Part shown: one piece after another, positions 22,182-36,670 of the stretch
How positions within the stretch are numbered: position 1 is the stretch's first letter
Layout of the letters: every line of letters begins with the position of its first letter
Source of the DNA: Vairimorpha necatrix
Lineage: Eukaryota
Direction of reading: 5' to 3'
NCBI GenBank assembly: GCA_036630325.1
Contig: CP142727.1
Span: forward strand, 620,001 to 684,000
Length of the DNA stretch: 64,000 bases
Program-made: the position numbers and the translations under genes
The notes under the pieces: model-generated
Databases searched by the model: none
The model's input: the letters and a program-made list of their open reading frames with translations, nothing else
Told to the model about the DNA's origin: nothing

Positions 22182-25100
22182 GTTCTTTTTATTCTCGAAG
22201 TGAAAATCAAAGGTAATTAAGAAATAAAATATAGAAACTAATACATTAAAAAATTTAGAAAGCGTATTTTATATTTAATCTTATTACAAATTATATTTTA
22301 AATTTATTAAAGATATTTAGTAACTACGAAGATAAATTGACTGCGGTTGAAATATTTGCATTTTTATTTCAGGATATGCTTCCCTGTGTTTTTTTAAACG
22401 TTTATTCCAATTTCATTTGTGTTAATCTCTTAGAAATTTCTAATATTTCATTGAGCAATCGTAATAACTAACGGGACACTAAATGGTCATTTTTTAATTC
22501 CAAAAGTTTTCGAATTCAAAATTTTTAGTTGCCGATTTCTGCAACCTACACTATTTCTATTGAATCTAAACAACAAAACTATTATTATTGTTTCCATGAC
22601 AAATAACATTTTTGAAGATGAATAGCGGTTTAAGATAGCAACACCTAAAAATATATGTTATTATAATATAGTCAGTATTTTTTATTTCATTTTTCGACAG
22701 ATATATTAATACCGTTATTAATAGGTATATGGCTTGATAAATTTACATGCCGAAAAATCTCATAAAATATATTCTTTTTTAACTTCTTCAGTATACTAGC
22801 CGTTGTGTTTCTTTCACGCTTATTTTCTCTGTTTAATCAATCATCTTTCAATGTTTTTAGCATCAAGTATTCAATGCTATAACACCTATTACTATTTTAT
22901 AATACAATCAACCACTAATATCATAATACTAATGTAGATCGTTTTTTAAGTGAAAGAATTTTTACGACTGAAAATATTAAAGCTCTAATATCTATTAAGA
23001 AAATAGTTATGATGTAATAATCTAAATTAAAAAATTATATGTATAGTCAATAAATTATTATGTTGGCGGTATTATTAATTCTACAGTTTTATTACTTTTA
23101 ACAAGTTATTAAATTTCTATTATAGTATATAAAGGCTTGTATTTAATTAGGGCATTTAAGAAAGTATTCGGACTAAACATCAAAAGTGGCTGTCTAAGGT
23201 GTTTCAGAAAAACAACTAAATATATGCTAGATGTTACAAGTTAAAGCTCTAAGAATATATAAATAACATGCAAATAAGATCGAACACGGATTTTTTATTG
23301 CAAATTTTTATACCTTATTTATAATTATTAAAAAAATGATTTTTATTTTTTTAAATTATTCCCTAAAAATGACCAAACATACTTAAGATTATTATAATTC
23401 ATCATTATAAAAAATTATGAACATATTTAAATTAGCTATGATAAGGTATCTACTGAAATTAATTTATACATTTATTATGAACTGTGAAATATTTGACATT
23501 TAGTATTAAAAATATAAATAAGAAATTCATATTTTTAGAGATAAGAATGTAGATGAATTTGGAGCCAAGGCAATAAGCAGCAGAGAGTTTTTGAGGATGA
23601 GTTGACAATTATTGAATATTTCAACGAATTTATTAAATTCTAAATATGCCCCAATTTGGTATTCAGTATAAAAAGCAATCAAAATAATGAATAACAAGAA
23701 AGATTACTATACAATAAGAGAAATTTATTTAGGTTCAAATTTAAATCATCATTTGTCAAAGATAAATTATAATTAGATATAGATATTGTATGCATATAAT
23801 TAAACTAGAAATGTTTCTTAGAAATCATCATATCATACGTATAAAAAAATTTAAGTTTTTTAGTATGAACTGTTATAGAAACCTGGTACTTAAACTACTA
23901 ATAAGACCATTATGACCTATAATAATTAGTAAATTTAAACCTTTAATGAAAATATGTCTGACCTTATGATTAACAATGCTTGGATTAAAGTATTAAGAAT
24001 AACATAAATAGCAACATAATTCTTGCATTTAATTATGATAATTTAATGGCAAAGGATGAGATATTCAATCAAACAAACTTAAAAGATAAGATGAAAATAT
24101 TACGAATATTCTGTACTTTTAAGTATATGATAACAATGTTATTATTTTATTTCTGTTATTAATTTATTTTAGAAAAGAATCAGAATAATTTGGTAAAGGC
24201 TCTGACAAGCGTTTAAGCTTCTGAATTTCCTTAGCAGAGACATAAATTTCAGTGTACAGTCACTGCCTACGAAAAAAACAAAAAACATACATTAATGCAA
24301 TTATTAATTCTTCTTAAAAACAAATTGGAACAAGAGATAATGTTTTCTTAGATAACCCGGTCTAAACAATGTCATTTATGGTCTTGACAAATTGTATTCT
24401 TGACATTGCTTAGCTTCTAATTAGATATTTTTATAAAATACTATATTTTAATCTTGTCGTGCATCAGAAGAACTTGTAAATCATACATAGTAAATAAGTT
24501 AAAGCTTATAATATCATAACTAGTACTGCAGATACCACATATGGCCGTATCTAGTTGTAAACTATAATAATGCACCATTGCCGCCTGTAAGACTTTAATA
24601 CTGATTGATACCATCATATGTCTTATTATACAGTTGTCTATGTTAATTTACTGCGGAATTTATACAAAATTAATCTAAAATCAATTATCATCCATCATAT
24701 ATAGGAAACAATTTTAATTCTAAAGATCAAGGAAAACGCACAAATAGCTATTAAATAGAGATAATTCTTTTCATAATTCTTAAATTGTTATTAATATCAG
24801 AGAACTTGCCTTTTTAAAAAAAAATGATTTAATAAATTGATATTTTGAACTTATATTGTTTTTGAAATTATTATCAAAACAACAGCAACATATAATGAGA
24901 CGAATGTCTTATGAACAATAATATGAGCTTTTATTTTCAAATAAATATATTATAATCTGATATAATCTTTTTAAAATACGGAAAGCTATATTGTGTTATT
25001 TCGTTTTTTATTTTATTATTATGATCAATCACAGAAATATTAATGCATATTGACATTCGACATATTATTCTTCTAACCTTTATTCATATTTTGTCATCTT

Positions 25101-26126
25101 ACCTACACAAACAAAAGCTATTCACATCTACTTACAGAAAACAGCGTCTAACAGAAAAATAAATGTCTTCTTTAATTCTAAATAAAATTCTAATAAATTT
25201 TTACTGATCAATATATAACACATTATTCTTCAAGAATGTAATCTTAATGTAATTGTAAAAAGATGTAAGTAAATAACATTTTATTAGTTTTTACTACAAA
25301 AACGTGTTTTTCATATTATTCAGTAAATTTGTTTTGAATTCATTTCTAATTTAACAAAATAACATCACTGTAAACAAACATTTGACAATATTCATATTTA
25401 AAATTACTACATGAATTTCATTCAAATCACATACAACATTAAATTGACACATTTTTGATTCTTTTATAATATTTATATTAATTAATAAAAATGTCAAAAA
25501 TCAAAATATGAGTATTAAATATGTTCCAAAATTAAAATTTTCTACAAAAGTTTGTTATTGTAAAATAACATGTTTTCTTGTTTTTACACTATTGTGTAAG
25601 TTTACATATTTTGAATTATATGTATTGTTTATTAAATTGACGCTATAAAATTTCAAAATTAAAAACATAAAAGTTAAAAGAAATAGAAGATATTTGTATG
25701 CAGAATTAACACTTTAGTGATCATTTTTATTTGTTGATATTTTTAATTTAGAAAAATATAAATAGAAAAAAATTATATATCCCTGCCCTTAATTCCGTAT
25801 TTCGGTGGAATTATTGGCTGTTCACATTCGGGGTTGCAGTTGGCTTGTCGAATGATGGATAAGTACCAATGTTTAAGTTTTGTTTCAATTGAGTTTTTTC
25901 TACTTCTTCATTTATTTTTTCTTGTATCTATTGGCATATAACTTTATAAGATTCTATATGAGAATGTATACACTGGTTTCGTTTTCTCCGTCTTTCTTCT
26001 TTTCTTCGATATCATTTATACACTATATATAAAAGATATATATAGTATATTAATGATATTGATAAGAAAAATAAGAAAGAAATTAGGAATAAAAAAAATA
26101 TTTTTATTAAAATATATTTATTTCTA

Positions 26127-26507
26127 TTAGCTATATATTTCTATGGCCCTGTAGTATAGTTCTAGTATGGTCTGAGAACTTATATCGGCACTTCTGTTTC
26201 TGTCGCTCTTATCACATTTGACCGTTTGTCTCTCATTTTGAAACCAAACATTAATCGACTTTAGGCTTAAATTCAATAGTACGCCTATATCACTCTTCAC
26301 ATCCGTAGTTGGGTATTTAACCCTATTAAAAATTGCTCTGAGTACATAATTTTGTACACGAGTCTTCTTGTTCCTGTTTGGAGGTCTTTTATCCTCTTTC
26401 TTCAATTTCAATAAACCTATTATAGCTTCACTGTATAATTGCTTTCTCATTATTATGGCCATATCCCTAAAGGAGATAAAATATTTATCATATAAATCAT
26501 TTACCAT
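26127..26507 (-). CDS. Homeodomain protein (microsporidian HD type)
   Basis: Q..VLRAIF....YPT...LNLSLKSINVWFQNERQ. Confidence 0.9.
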   Translation of the reverse strand: MVNDLYDKYFISFRDMAIIMRKQLYSEAIIGLLKLKKEDKRPPNRNKKTRVQNYVLRAIFNRVKYPTTDVKSDIGVLLNLSLKSINVWFQNERQTVKCDKSDRNRSADISSQTILELYYRAIEIYS

Positions 26508-27924
26508 AAATGGAAAAAAATAAAAAATGATATAAAAACGTAGAGTAGTAAAAATTATGTTTTTTAAATTTCTAACTGTTTGAATTACATTTATATTTTT
26601 AATATGATATTTATAAATTAATAATATATAAATATTTTTGATATTTAAATGTTTTACATAAACAAAATACCAACATATATGTTAATATTGAGTAGTATTT
26701 AATGAATTAATGATGACTATGAATTATTTTGCATATGTCGTACTAAATTGCTATTTTATTTTATGACAGTATAGAGGCTTATATGTCATTTTTCAATATC
26801 ATCGAGACAAATCATGTGTCATTGTACATTGATATTTATGGATAAAACGATCATAAGTATTTAGTACATTAATTAGTTATTTTCAATGATTTTTCTCCTT
26901 TATAAACGTTGAGAAATTAATTTATCATTTTCATAAATTAGTATTATAACACTAATTAGTGTGTCATATTAAATATTATACCAGTATAATTTAATCTTAA
27001 TTCAAAAGAAGAAGTGTGTGTTGTATGTCACATTATTGTAAAATTTGAATTATACATGTTACAAAATTTATAAACATATATGATGAGGTATAAAACATGT
27101 TTATTTATTTACTTACAAAGTGATTCTAAAATGTAGAAATGTCAAATGTTTCAGAATGTGACGTATCATTGTTACAAAAAAAAAGGAGATTGGTTTTGTG
27201 TGATGATAATTTAAATATAATAGGATAGGAAAAAGAATAACAGTTATCACTATAATGACATATTAACTTCTTTGATGATTTAAAAAAATGTTGTTTACAT
27301 TAAAATAACAACTAAATTTGTAAAATAAGACCTCTTGTTTAGTATAATACCGAAATATCTTATAAATAAATATTAAATCCTTTGAGACAAGTTTTAAACA
27401 TTTTTATGTCGATTGAAATTGTTATAAATTTAATTTTTTTTACGGGGATCAAATACACAAGATCTTTTTTATGCAAATAATACATTTGATATAATAATAC
27501 TTATGTTTGTTTAGTATCTGGCATTGCGAATTTTAACAGATAAAGCAGTTAACTTCTTCTTATTTGTATATGATGTTAAATGTTACACTAAAGATAGCGC
27601 CACATAAAGAACTCCAAACAATTATTTATGATCCTAGACAAAAAAATTAAAACTCAAATATGGTTCTAATAAATAGATTTTTTGTAATAAATACCATTAA
27701 GTGATTTATTATAAGTAAAAAATAGACTATCAATATTTCCATATTCCACATATAATTAAAAACCAACTGTCAAAAATCGAAGAAATACCAAAAATAGTGA
27801 TATATTTTTTCAATAAGGTTTTTTATCTAAAAATATAGTTTTATACTTAGACATTTTTTTCTATTACAGTGTTAAGACTTAACGTTGACATAGTTTAGTT
27901 ATAAAAATCAATAATAATGATGAC

Positions 27925-27981
27925 TAAATATATTTATTCTAAAAATTAAGGGTATAAAATATAATTTTTTAAATCTCAACA
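27925..27981 (-). mobile_element. Solo micro-LTR (57 bp) of the 29867-33200 family
   Basis: Near-identical to 33145-33200; flanks ATGAC/ATTAC (TSD with one mismatch). Confidence 0.85.
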
Positions 27982-28987
27982 ATTACAATCTGTGTTTCTC
28001 TTCTCTATGTTACATTTCCATTAGCTTCCCTTAAGTTGAACATCTTCTGTATATTTTAATTAAGTTTTAATCCTGTTTTTTATTCTACAACGTCCTTTAT
28101 ATGCCAAGAAAAAAAAATATACTGTTTTTTTTATTGATTTGATTTTCGCACATGGTGCAGATGTAAATTCTACGAGACGGAAATTAAATCGGTAAAATAT
28201 GCGTTTGCTTTTGTGGTTGATGCTAAAATAAGCTGTTATGCTAACTTATAGAGCTAGTATTTCATTGTCTAAATATTTTGTAAATTAAAACACAACTAGC
28301 AAGTTCTATATGGCGCGCATGTATTTAACGAAGCAATATATTACTAAGCTTTAATTGCTGAGACTCTTTTTTCGCAAGAATTTCAAAGAAAAATTTCCTT
28401 AAACGTATGCGACTACGTGGTTCCGACTTGGTATATTATTTTTTTAAGCTAGATACTAAGAGACAAACTTATGGTAGTTCTAAGAACTCTCTGGGGACCA
28501 AGAGAAAGCTATTCTATGAGTATTCTCTTACTTTTTTTGGTGTTTTTTGGAGGGAAAATCTCAATATTTTTAAAGGTAAAAATCAATATTTTTGGAGGGA
28601 AAATCAAAATATTTTCCCGCCCATAAATATAAAAAGAAATCATGCCTCGAGGGGTGTGAGAACGAGAAAGATAAATAAACATTTTTCATACAAAAATTCT
28701 TCTCAGACTGTTAGATAACAAACAGTCCACAAAGAATACATTGCCTGTGATTCCTTGTATAATTCTTCTAAATATAGATGTAGGATAAACATGTATATGA
28801 TGTCCTAGGTTTACATTTCACATTTTGTTCAGTACAACTTACCTCTTTTATCTAGTGGGTAAGAAAGGGGAGCGATTTTACAGACGTATGTTTATAAAAA
28901 GGTCTGTGTAAACACTTTTTTGTTGGACGATATAAGATGTATGGATTCAAAAGTCGATTTTGAGGGTTTAAAGTATATATCGTGAAA

Positions 28988-31900
28988 TGATCCCACAAGA
29001 GTCCGCGGTGATCCTCACAGAATTAATTTCAATATGATTCAATAATGTTCAAACGATGAACATTAACGACTATATTTCCGTGAATTTATAGAGGAGTTGA
29101 CGGCATAGCAACTCTTCACTATTTCGAAAAACTTTCGTATAAGTAAAAGCATTTGTAGATCCTATTTGCAGACTCTACTTAGTTAAAAAATTATTTCTCA
29201 AAATCCAAAAATTGCATCATAGCATGCAATTAAAAAATAGCATAACAAGTAATGTTGAACTTTGAATTGGCCATTAGTCTCAATCGTCAATTTAAAGGGT
29301 TGTTTCAAAGGAACAGTGCTACTAGATACGACAGTAATATTTTTATGTGTAAACGTCCATAGATAGTTTTTAAAATACCTCTAACATAAGAAAATTTGTT
29401 TGTAAGTGTGTGTTAATAGCTGTCTATGTGGTAAAAAAAAGTCTATAAACTCGCTTTTTACGATTATTATCATTATAGGTCGATAAAACACTGTTAGAAA
29501 TAATGGCCATGAGTACATCACTGATGTTCAGAAAGTAAAAATTTTTGTGATCCCACAAGAGTCCGCGGTGATCCTCACAGAATTAATTTCAATATGATTC
29601 AATAATGTTCAAACGATGAACATTAACGACTATTTTCCCGTGAATTTATAGAGGAGTTGACGGCATAGCAACTCTTCACTATCTCGAAAAACTTTCGTAT
29701 ATGTAAAAGCATTTGTAGATCCTATTTGCAGACTCTACTTAATTAAAAAATTATTTCTCAAAATCCAAAAATTGCATCATAGCATGCAATCAAAAAATAG
29801 CATAACAAGTAATGTTGAACTTTGAATTGGCCATTAGTCTCAATCGTCAATTTAAAGGGTTGTTCCTAAACATATTGATATTAAAATTAAAGGTATAAAA
29901 TATAATTTTTTAAATCTCAACATCCCCCTCTTAAAAACATTCGTCTATTATCAATTTCAGCTGAGAAGAATGTCGCTTAATAGTTTTGTTTCCTGTCCTC
30001 ACCAGATATGTGTTGTTTTCTAAAACTTTATAAATTAAACCTCTAACCTTAAATTTGGGTTCTCCCTTTTTGACACCTGTTTCCGTTTTTATAATAACGC
30101 TATCTCCCTCTGAAAATTGTGGTTCGGTTTCTCGGTTTTTATTTCTTTCATTAAATTTTAGTATCTCCTCATATTGTTTTTCCTTCACCTTTTGAAAATT
30201 GGTAGGGTTAAAGCTTCATTCGGAGACATACCTAATTTGCTATGATATATATTGTTATATACATCTAAAACCTTTAAAAGTTTAATTTTAAGATTTTCTT
30301 TTCCCTCTTGTTTGTATATTCCTTCTTGTATTGTCCTATTAAATCTTTCCACTCTTCCATTGGACTGGTGGTGAAATGGTGAGGTATAATGTAATTCGAC
30401 ATTATTACTTGCTGCCCAACATCTTACTTCTTTACTTAGGTTTTTTTCGATTGATCTAAAATTAGTTTATGTATCTTAATTTTTTGATTTATCATATCTA
30501 AAAATTTTATAATTTTCTTACTCTCCCTGGAACTTAGTACCTTTCCAAATCCGAATCGACTAAAGTAATCAATCCCAGACACGATATATTGGTTGTTAAT
30601 TGGACCAATAATATCTATTGCTACTTTCTTTCCAATTGCATGTGACTTTACAAATAAAATTCTTTTCCCTCTTTTAGGATCATACATTTTACACCGAATA
30701 CACCTCTTTAACTCGTTTTTAGTCAATTTTTCCATATCTTTCCAATCGTATTTCTTTTTAAGTTCATTTTGAACTGCTTTATGACCTCTATGGACAAGTT
30801 CTAGGTGTTTATCACGGATAATTTTTCTTTTGTCTTCCTCAGTCATTTCTAATTCTAGATTTTTAATCTCTAATATTTCTTGTCTTGGTGATCTGGATAA
30901 GCAATCCACATGTGGAATGTTTGTTACTTTTCTATATACAACACAATAATTATATTCACTAAGTTTGTCTAACCATCGTTGGATCCGCAAAGATTTTATC
31001 TCTCCCCTATTTAGTGCTTCTAGGGCCTTATGATCAGTGACTGCAGTAAATTCATTTCCATAGAGGAAATATCTGAAATGTTCCATCCCCCATAACATCG
31101 CTAAACATTCCTTTTCGCTGATTCCATAGTTTATCTCAGCAGGTAACAATCTTCTTGAAGCATAAGCAATTGGTACTGGACCACTTCCATGATCCTGTAA
31201 GAGGATAGCTCCTATTCCTGACTGGCATGCATCTGTTTCCAAAATATAAGGTTTTTTGTAATCGGGTTGGGATAGAACCACGCGTGATCTCAATATACTT
31301 TTTAATTTCTTAAAAGCTTTTTCTTCTTCATCTTCCCACTTAAATACAACATCCTTTTTAAGTAAATCATACAATGGCCCGGCAATGATTAAACATTGTG
31401 GAATAAATTTACGATAGTAATTAATCAATCCTAAAAATTCCTCACAAGATTTTCTATTATTTGGTCTTTCTATATTTTCAATTCCTTGTTCAGCAGAAAA
31501 TTTCGGCTTTATCTTGTTATATTCAATAACATGGCCTAAAAATTCTATGTTCTCTTTTTTATGTATAGTCTTTGACTCGTTAATTCGTAGCTCATATTTT
31601 TGTAGCTTGTTAATAACCTTTGTATAGCTTGTATCATGTTCTTCTTCATTTCTACCAAAAATAAGGATGTCATCAACATAGACAAAGCAATTTTTCCCTA
31701 TTTCTTCTTCAAGGACGTTGTCCATAAACCTTTGAAAAACGGCTGGTGCATTTTATACCCCCATGGGCATTACGTTCCATTCGTATAATAAATGATTAAA
31801 TCTGAAAGCAGTTTTGTGTTTGTCTTTTTCAGCCAATTTAATTTGAAAAAATCCATCTTTTAAATCAATTTTTGAAAAATATTTCATGTCTCTAAGACTG

Positions 31901-33328
31901 AATATAAGTCTTTCAATATTGGGGAGGGAATAATTATCTAGATCTACCAATCTGTTGAGCGCTATTAAATTTGTAGTAACTCTTATGGATCCATCCGGTC
32001 TGATCACTGGCCTAAGGTTATTTAGCCATGTTGAATTAGATTTCCTTATATGCCCGTTTTTTAATAACTCATTTATAGAGTTTTGTATTCCTTCCTCCAA
32101 TTTCTTTGGTAAACTATAAACGTGTTCTATTACCTTCTCTCCTGGTTTAGTATTGATCTCACAAATTCTATTGCTCGGTTGTCGAAAAACTTTACAAATA
32201 TCATCTTTTCCTATTAACATTTTAAAATTTTTAACTTTAGGTAAAACATACATTCTGCTTTTAAATATTCTATTACCATATTTGTATTCCACAATAACAT
32301 GGTTTTCAACTAGAAATTCTTCTTCAAGACATGTGAAAAATTTCAAAACATTCATATTCTTATTGAGTTTCAATTTTAAATCATAGACAGCTTGAAGAGA
32401 GATAAAGTTGTAGGCCGCACCCGAATCAAAAACCACGGGGACTTTTTTAGTCCCAACATAAATAAAATTATTTTTATTCGTAATAAAGCTTTGATCTACT
32501 TCCTGACTATCCTTTTCAATCTCATTAATATTCCTTCGATCATCATTAGCCTGTTTATTATTTCGATTCACCCTACAATCCTTAGCTAAATGTCCTGGCC
32601 TTCTGCATCTAAAGCATGTATTTGGTTGGTTCTGTTTAATAAGTCTTAAACCAGCCAACTTGATATTCAATAATGCTTCGTTCTCCATCTCATTTAATAT
32701 TTCGTAAAATTCTTTGTTGATCTCATATTGGGTCGTAAGAAAAATTTTAATCATTTTTAACTTTTTATCTACTCCTGATCTAATAATTTTTCTTCTGTCA
32801 AAATTGGAAATTTCATTTTCATTACATTTAGAAACTACATCTTTGATAAAATCAACAACTTTTTGTTCTTCCTTTTGCTTCATATTGTAAATGTCAAAAA
32901 GCAATGTTTTATTCTCAAATTCTTGTTCCACTTCCTTTTTCCAGATTTCAAACGTTAAAGCAGCTTTCCTTTTATCTTTAAATGTCCTACAATGCCAATC
33001 TAAAATATGAGAGTTAAGTCTGCTTATAAAAAAAATCTAACTTCTCCTCATTGGTCATTTTTGCCCAACTACTCAGAGCCTCTGCTCTTCTAATTTCTAC
33101 TATTATATTGTCTTTGTTTATTTCGTTTTTTATATTCTCCACCATAAACATATTTATTCTAAATTTAAGGGTATAAAATATAATTTTTTAAATCTCAACA
33201 GTTCCAAAGGAACAGTGCTACTAGATACGACAGTAATATTTTTATGTGTAAACGTCCATAGATAGTTTATTTTAATACCTCTAACATAAGAAAATTTGTT
33301 TGTAAGTGTGTGTTAATAGCTGTCTATG
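28988..33328. repeat. Tandem duplication of a ~440-bp unit (period 560 bp): copy 1 28988-29428; copy 2 29548-29866 plus 33206-33328, split by a Gypsy insertion
   Basis: High visible identity between the copies; copy 1 retains the empty site GTTTC at 29302-29306. Confidence 0.9.
29867..33200 (-). mobile_element. Ty3/Gypsy LTR retrotransposon with 56-bp LTRs (33145-33200, 29867-29922); gag-PR-RT-RH-IN, frameshifted
   Basis: TSD GTTCC; PBS TGGTGGAGAAT; PPT GAGGGGGA; CFRCRRPGHLAKDC, FDSGA protease, YVDD, ETDAC RNase H, HHCC/DDE integrase. Confidence 0.93.
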
Positions 33329-33400
33329 AAAAATATATAGTCGAAACTTTTTTTTGTTAAAGTTAAATATTATCATAAGGAAATGTAACTGCTGGAAAAT

Positions 33401-34559
33401 CGTATGGGAAAAGGCGCCAACGTATAAAAGAAAATTTGAAAAAAAATAGCCCTAAAAAGAAGAAAGCAAAATGCAAAAATTTATTGTAAAATATCATCAA
33501 TATAGTTATATAAAGACGTAATTTTTTTTAGAACTTCCAAACAGTCATTGTATTTGAAGTCTTATGTTTTAGGTATTGTTTTGTTATTTTTTTGTCTTTG
33601 CTGGAAGCTTGATTTGTCAAGTTGTTAATTTGGTAAAGAAGTTAAGCAAAAGACATAAAAGTATATCATACATAAAAAATACATGAATCTTGAAAAGGAC
33701 TAAAGAAAATAGCAAAATTTCAATAAATTGCAAAGCTTACCTTATTCAGGCTTGTTTATATTTTTATCAGACCAGTATGCTGTTATTCTTTCTTCGGTAA
33801 TAAAATAATTATCATAGTTATAAATTAAAGTCCTGATCTTGAAATTTAAACTCATTTTAAATGTCACGATTATTAGAATAGCTAGAATTTTTAACCTACA
33901 TCGTGTGTATTTCTAGTTCTTCTCTTTGAGTTGTTTTGCTTGGAATAAATTGTCTTTTGAATCATCAAGCATCGGCGTTGTTGCCAATATAATTTTATTT
34001 TGTATTTTTGCTTTTAGGTTTTTTCTTTTTATATATTTATTCACAAATAGTACTTAGTTCGGGAAAGTATTCAATTTTTCATGAATATGTTCTTGATAAG
34101 TAAATATTTCTTTTTATAAAAATAATGCTTGCACTAATTCTGCAATTCTTAAGTAACAAAGGCAGTTTATAATACATCGGGGTTTTTATAAGTAATTTGA
34201 CCCTTTGTATAGCTTTCTGTAATAAAAATTTTTTATGTCTTTTATTTCAACATGTCTTTCTTTCCGATCTTGTAATCTTCTTTCATTTTCCATTTTAAAG
34301 AGGGACCTTAACATTAAGGAAAATTCAAATTTTGATAAAAAATTTATACAGTCTTTTAATGACATAAATTTGAATAAGAAGAAATAAATAAATTTGTTAT
34401 ATTGTATTTGTGAGATTTATTTGTATCATACTATTATTAAATTTAGTTTTTAGTTTATGGAGTTTCTTCCCGATTTTTTTTCTTCAATTCATAATTCATT
34501 TTTTGGGGCAATTTTTTTTCAAATTTTCTTTTAAACGTCGGTTGTCTTTTCCGCCAACC
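33401..34559. mobile_element. Degenerate TIR element (~1.15 kb), superfamily uncertain
   Basis: ~50-bp imperfect inverted repeats (33409-33458 versus 34501-34550); no intact ORF. Confidence 0.5.
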
Positions 34560-35720
34560 GTCTATGTAGGATATATAGTCGAAACTCTTTTTATTTAAGT
34601 TAATATTATCATATGAAAATGTAACTGTCGGGGTATATTATAAGTGATATACGCTGGTGATTGAATGGTAACTAAGTTTTTGGATATCAGATAAGTGGGT
34701 GTTCAATATTTTTCCCATTTATTAAGAAAAGATGTCAAAAAGTCTACACAGCAAATATATCAAAGTTGCCGATTAAGTTGTAAGTGGTTCATATGATGTT
34801 GATAATTTTTTTATATTTATCCTTGGTTATTATATAGCGTATAAATTAGATTAAAAGATTTAATTCGTATTCTTAAAGCATTTACAGATTCTATTTGAAG
34901 CCTCTGACTAAAAAAACCTTGATCCATATAAATGCAACTTAGTATGTTCTTAAGAATGTAGCGTTGCGAAATAACTTTGAAGAGTCGTCGGTTATTGGGC
35001 TCATCGGATAATAAACCTTTTTTCAATAGAACTCTGCTACAAAATACTACAATTATATTTTTGTATGTATATGAAGAAGGAAAATATATAATACATTCAA
35101 CAAGCTGCTCTATTTGTAATGCTGGTATAACAACGTGATGTTTTAATTGTTAAATAATATTTTTAATATTGAGATTAGATAGAGTAGTGTTTTAAAATAA
35201 AACATCTGATGTGAATACGGTTTATGGTTTAGTATTTTATTGTCTTTTGTATTTAAACATAAACACTAACAACTTATAAAATTCCAATTGTTTTATATTT
35301 ATGGGAAGCGAATTCAGCTGCCACACTTTTTTTAAAATTTTCTCTTACAATGACCAAATTTTCGATTAACTTTTTTATTGAAAAATTTCGTCTTACAGCA
35401 AAGATCGTGACTTTTATGGATTTTATAATTTAAAATAAAAAATTTAAACGCATAAAATTACTAAATCTAGTAAAAATAAAAGCCTTTTTAAAATAAGTTT
35501 CGACTAAATTTACTATGTATTATGAACATAGTGTAAAATACTGTTATTTATAAATAGGAAAATACATGATATAACAGTTTATTCTTAATTTAAATTATAA
35601 ATAATTACTTCATTAAAATCGAGGGGAAAGGGTGTTTACTTCTTTTCGGTGGACTTATGACATTTAAATTTATATATAGTAATTTTAATTGTGATATACA
35701 AGATTTGCATTCGGTTAAAG

Positions 35721-36670
35721 GGGCCACTTTGGTCAAAAAAGGGTATAAATATTTTTTTATAAAAAAATACCCTTTTTTGGAAAAGTCAAAACGGCTAAAA
35801 AAAGAAATTTAATTTAATACTATTCGTAAATAAATCATCTTCAAAGTTCCTTCTTAACATATATCTTATCAACGAACCAGTAATCAATGTTCTGGTTCTG
35901 TTTCTTGTTGAAGTCTCATTTTTTATCCACTCTGATTTATTTCAATTGTGTTAGTATGACATCTATTGGAATTATTTACGAACTCTAATGAATGATTTAC
36001 AATTTTGTGTTCCGAAAAATATTCTTTTAACTTTAAATGAGACTCAGAGCAGTCACTGTGTATAATTGATTCGGAGTAAACATAATTTTTAATTATTTCT
36101 TTTAGAGTTTTGGATTTACTATCGTCGACTAGAATCATAATTATCATTCTTTAGATGGTTCTTTCAACCATCCCTAACCCAGACACCTTCAACCCGATGT
36201 CCTCTATGGTTTTTAACTTTCCTAAATTTGCTTTCATCTATTTCTACTATTATTCCTGGTCCACTGATTTTACCAGTTCGTTTGTATACTTTATTAATTG
36301 TAAAAATTGTTTTTTATGTTATGTAGAATACATCTTTTGCCAATATCAAGAAATTTCCCTATGGCCGTCTGTTTAACTTTACAAGATAAAATTTTATTAT
36401 CAATAAAACATCTAAAACATTTGTTTTTTGTAATAAAATGGAGTGTATTTTTAATAACCACACTTTCCTCCGACATACTTTCTAAACACATTTAGCCATA
36501 AAATTATTTTTATCACTTACTTTACAGTTAGCATCATATTTTGGACACTTCATAGTCTTATTTTCAATTACTGCTTTAAAGATGTTTAAGAGCTCTTCCT
36601 CTCGACTTTTTATTGTTGGGGTAAAAAAAAGACAAATTCGCTTAAATATTTTTTTTAAACCAAAGTGCCC
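35721..36670 (-). mobile_element. Degenerate Merlin DNA transposon
   Basis: Termini GGGCCACTTTGGT / ACCAAAGTGCCC; IVEIDESKF-like, IHSDC, VNHS and HTNTIE remnants; no TSD seen. Confidence 0.8.

Noticed and set aside
23361-24050. Possible decayed gene after a CCC...ATG motif
   Set aside because: Multiple stops and no recognisable protein motif; cannot be supported without homology search
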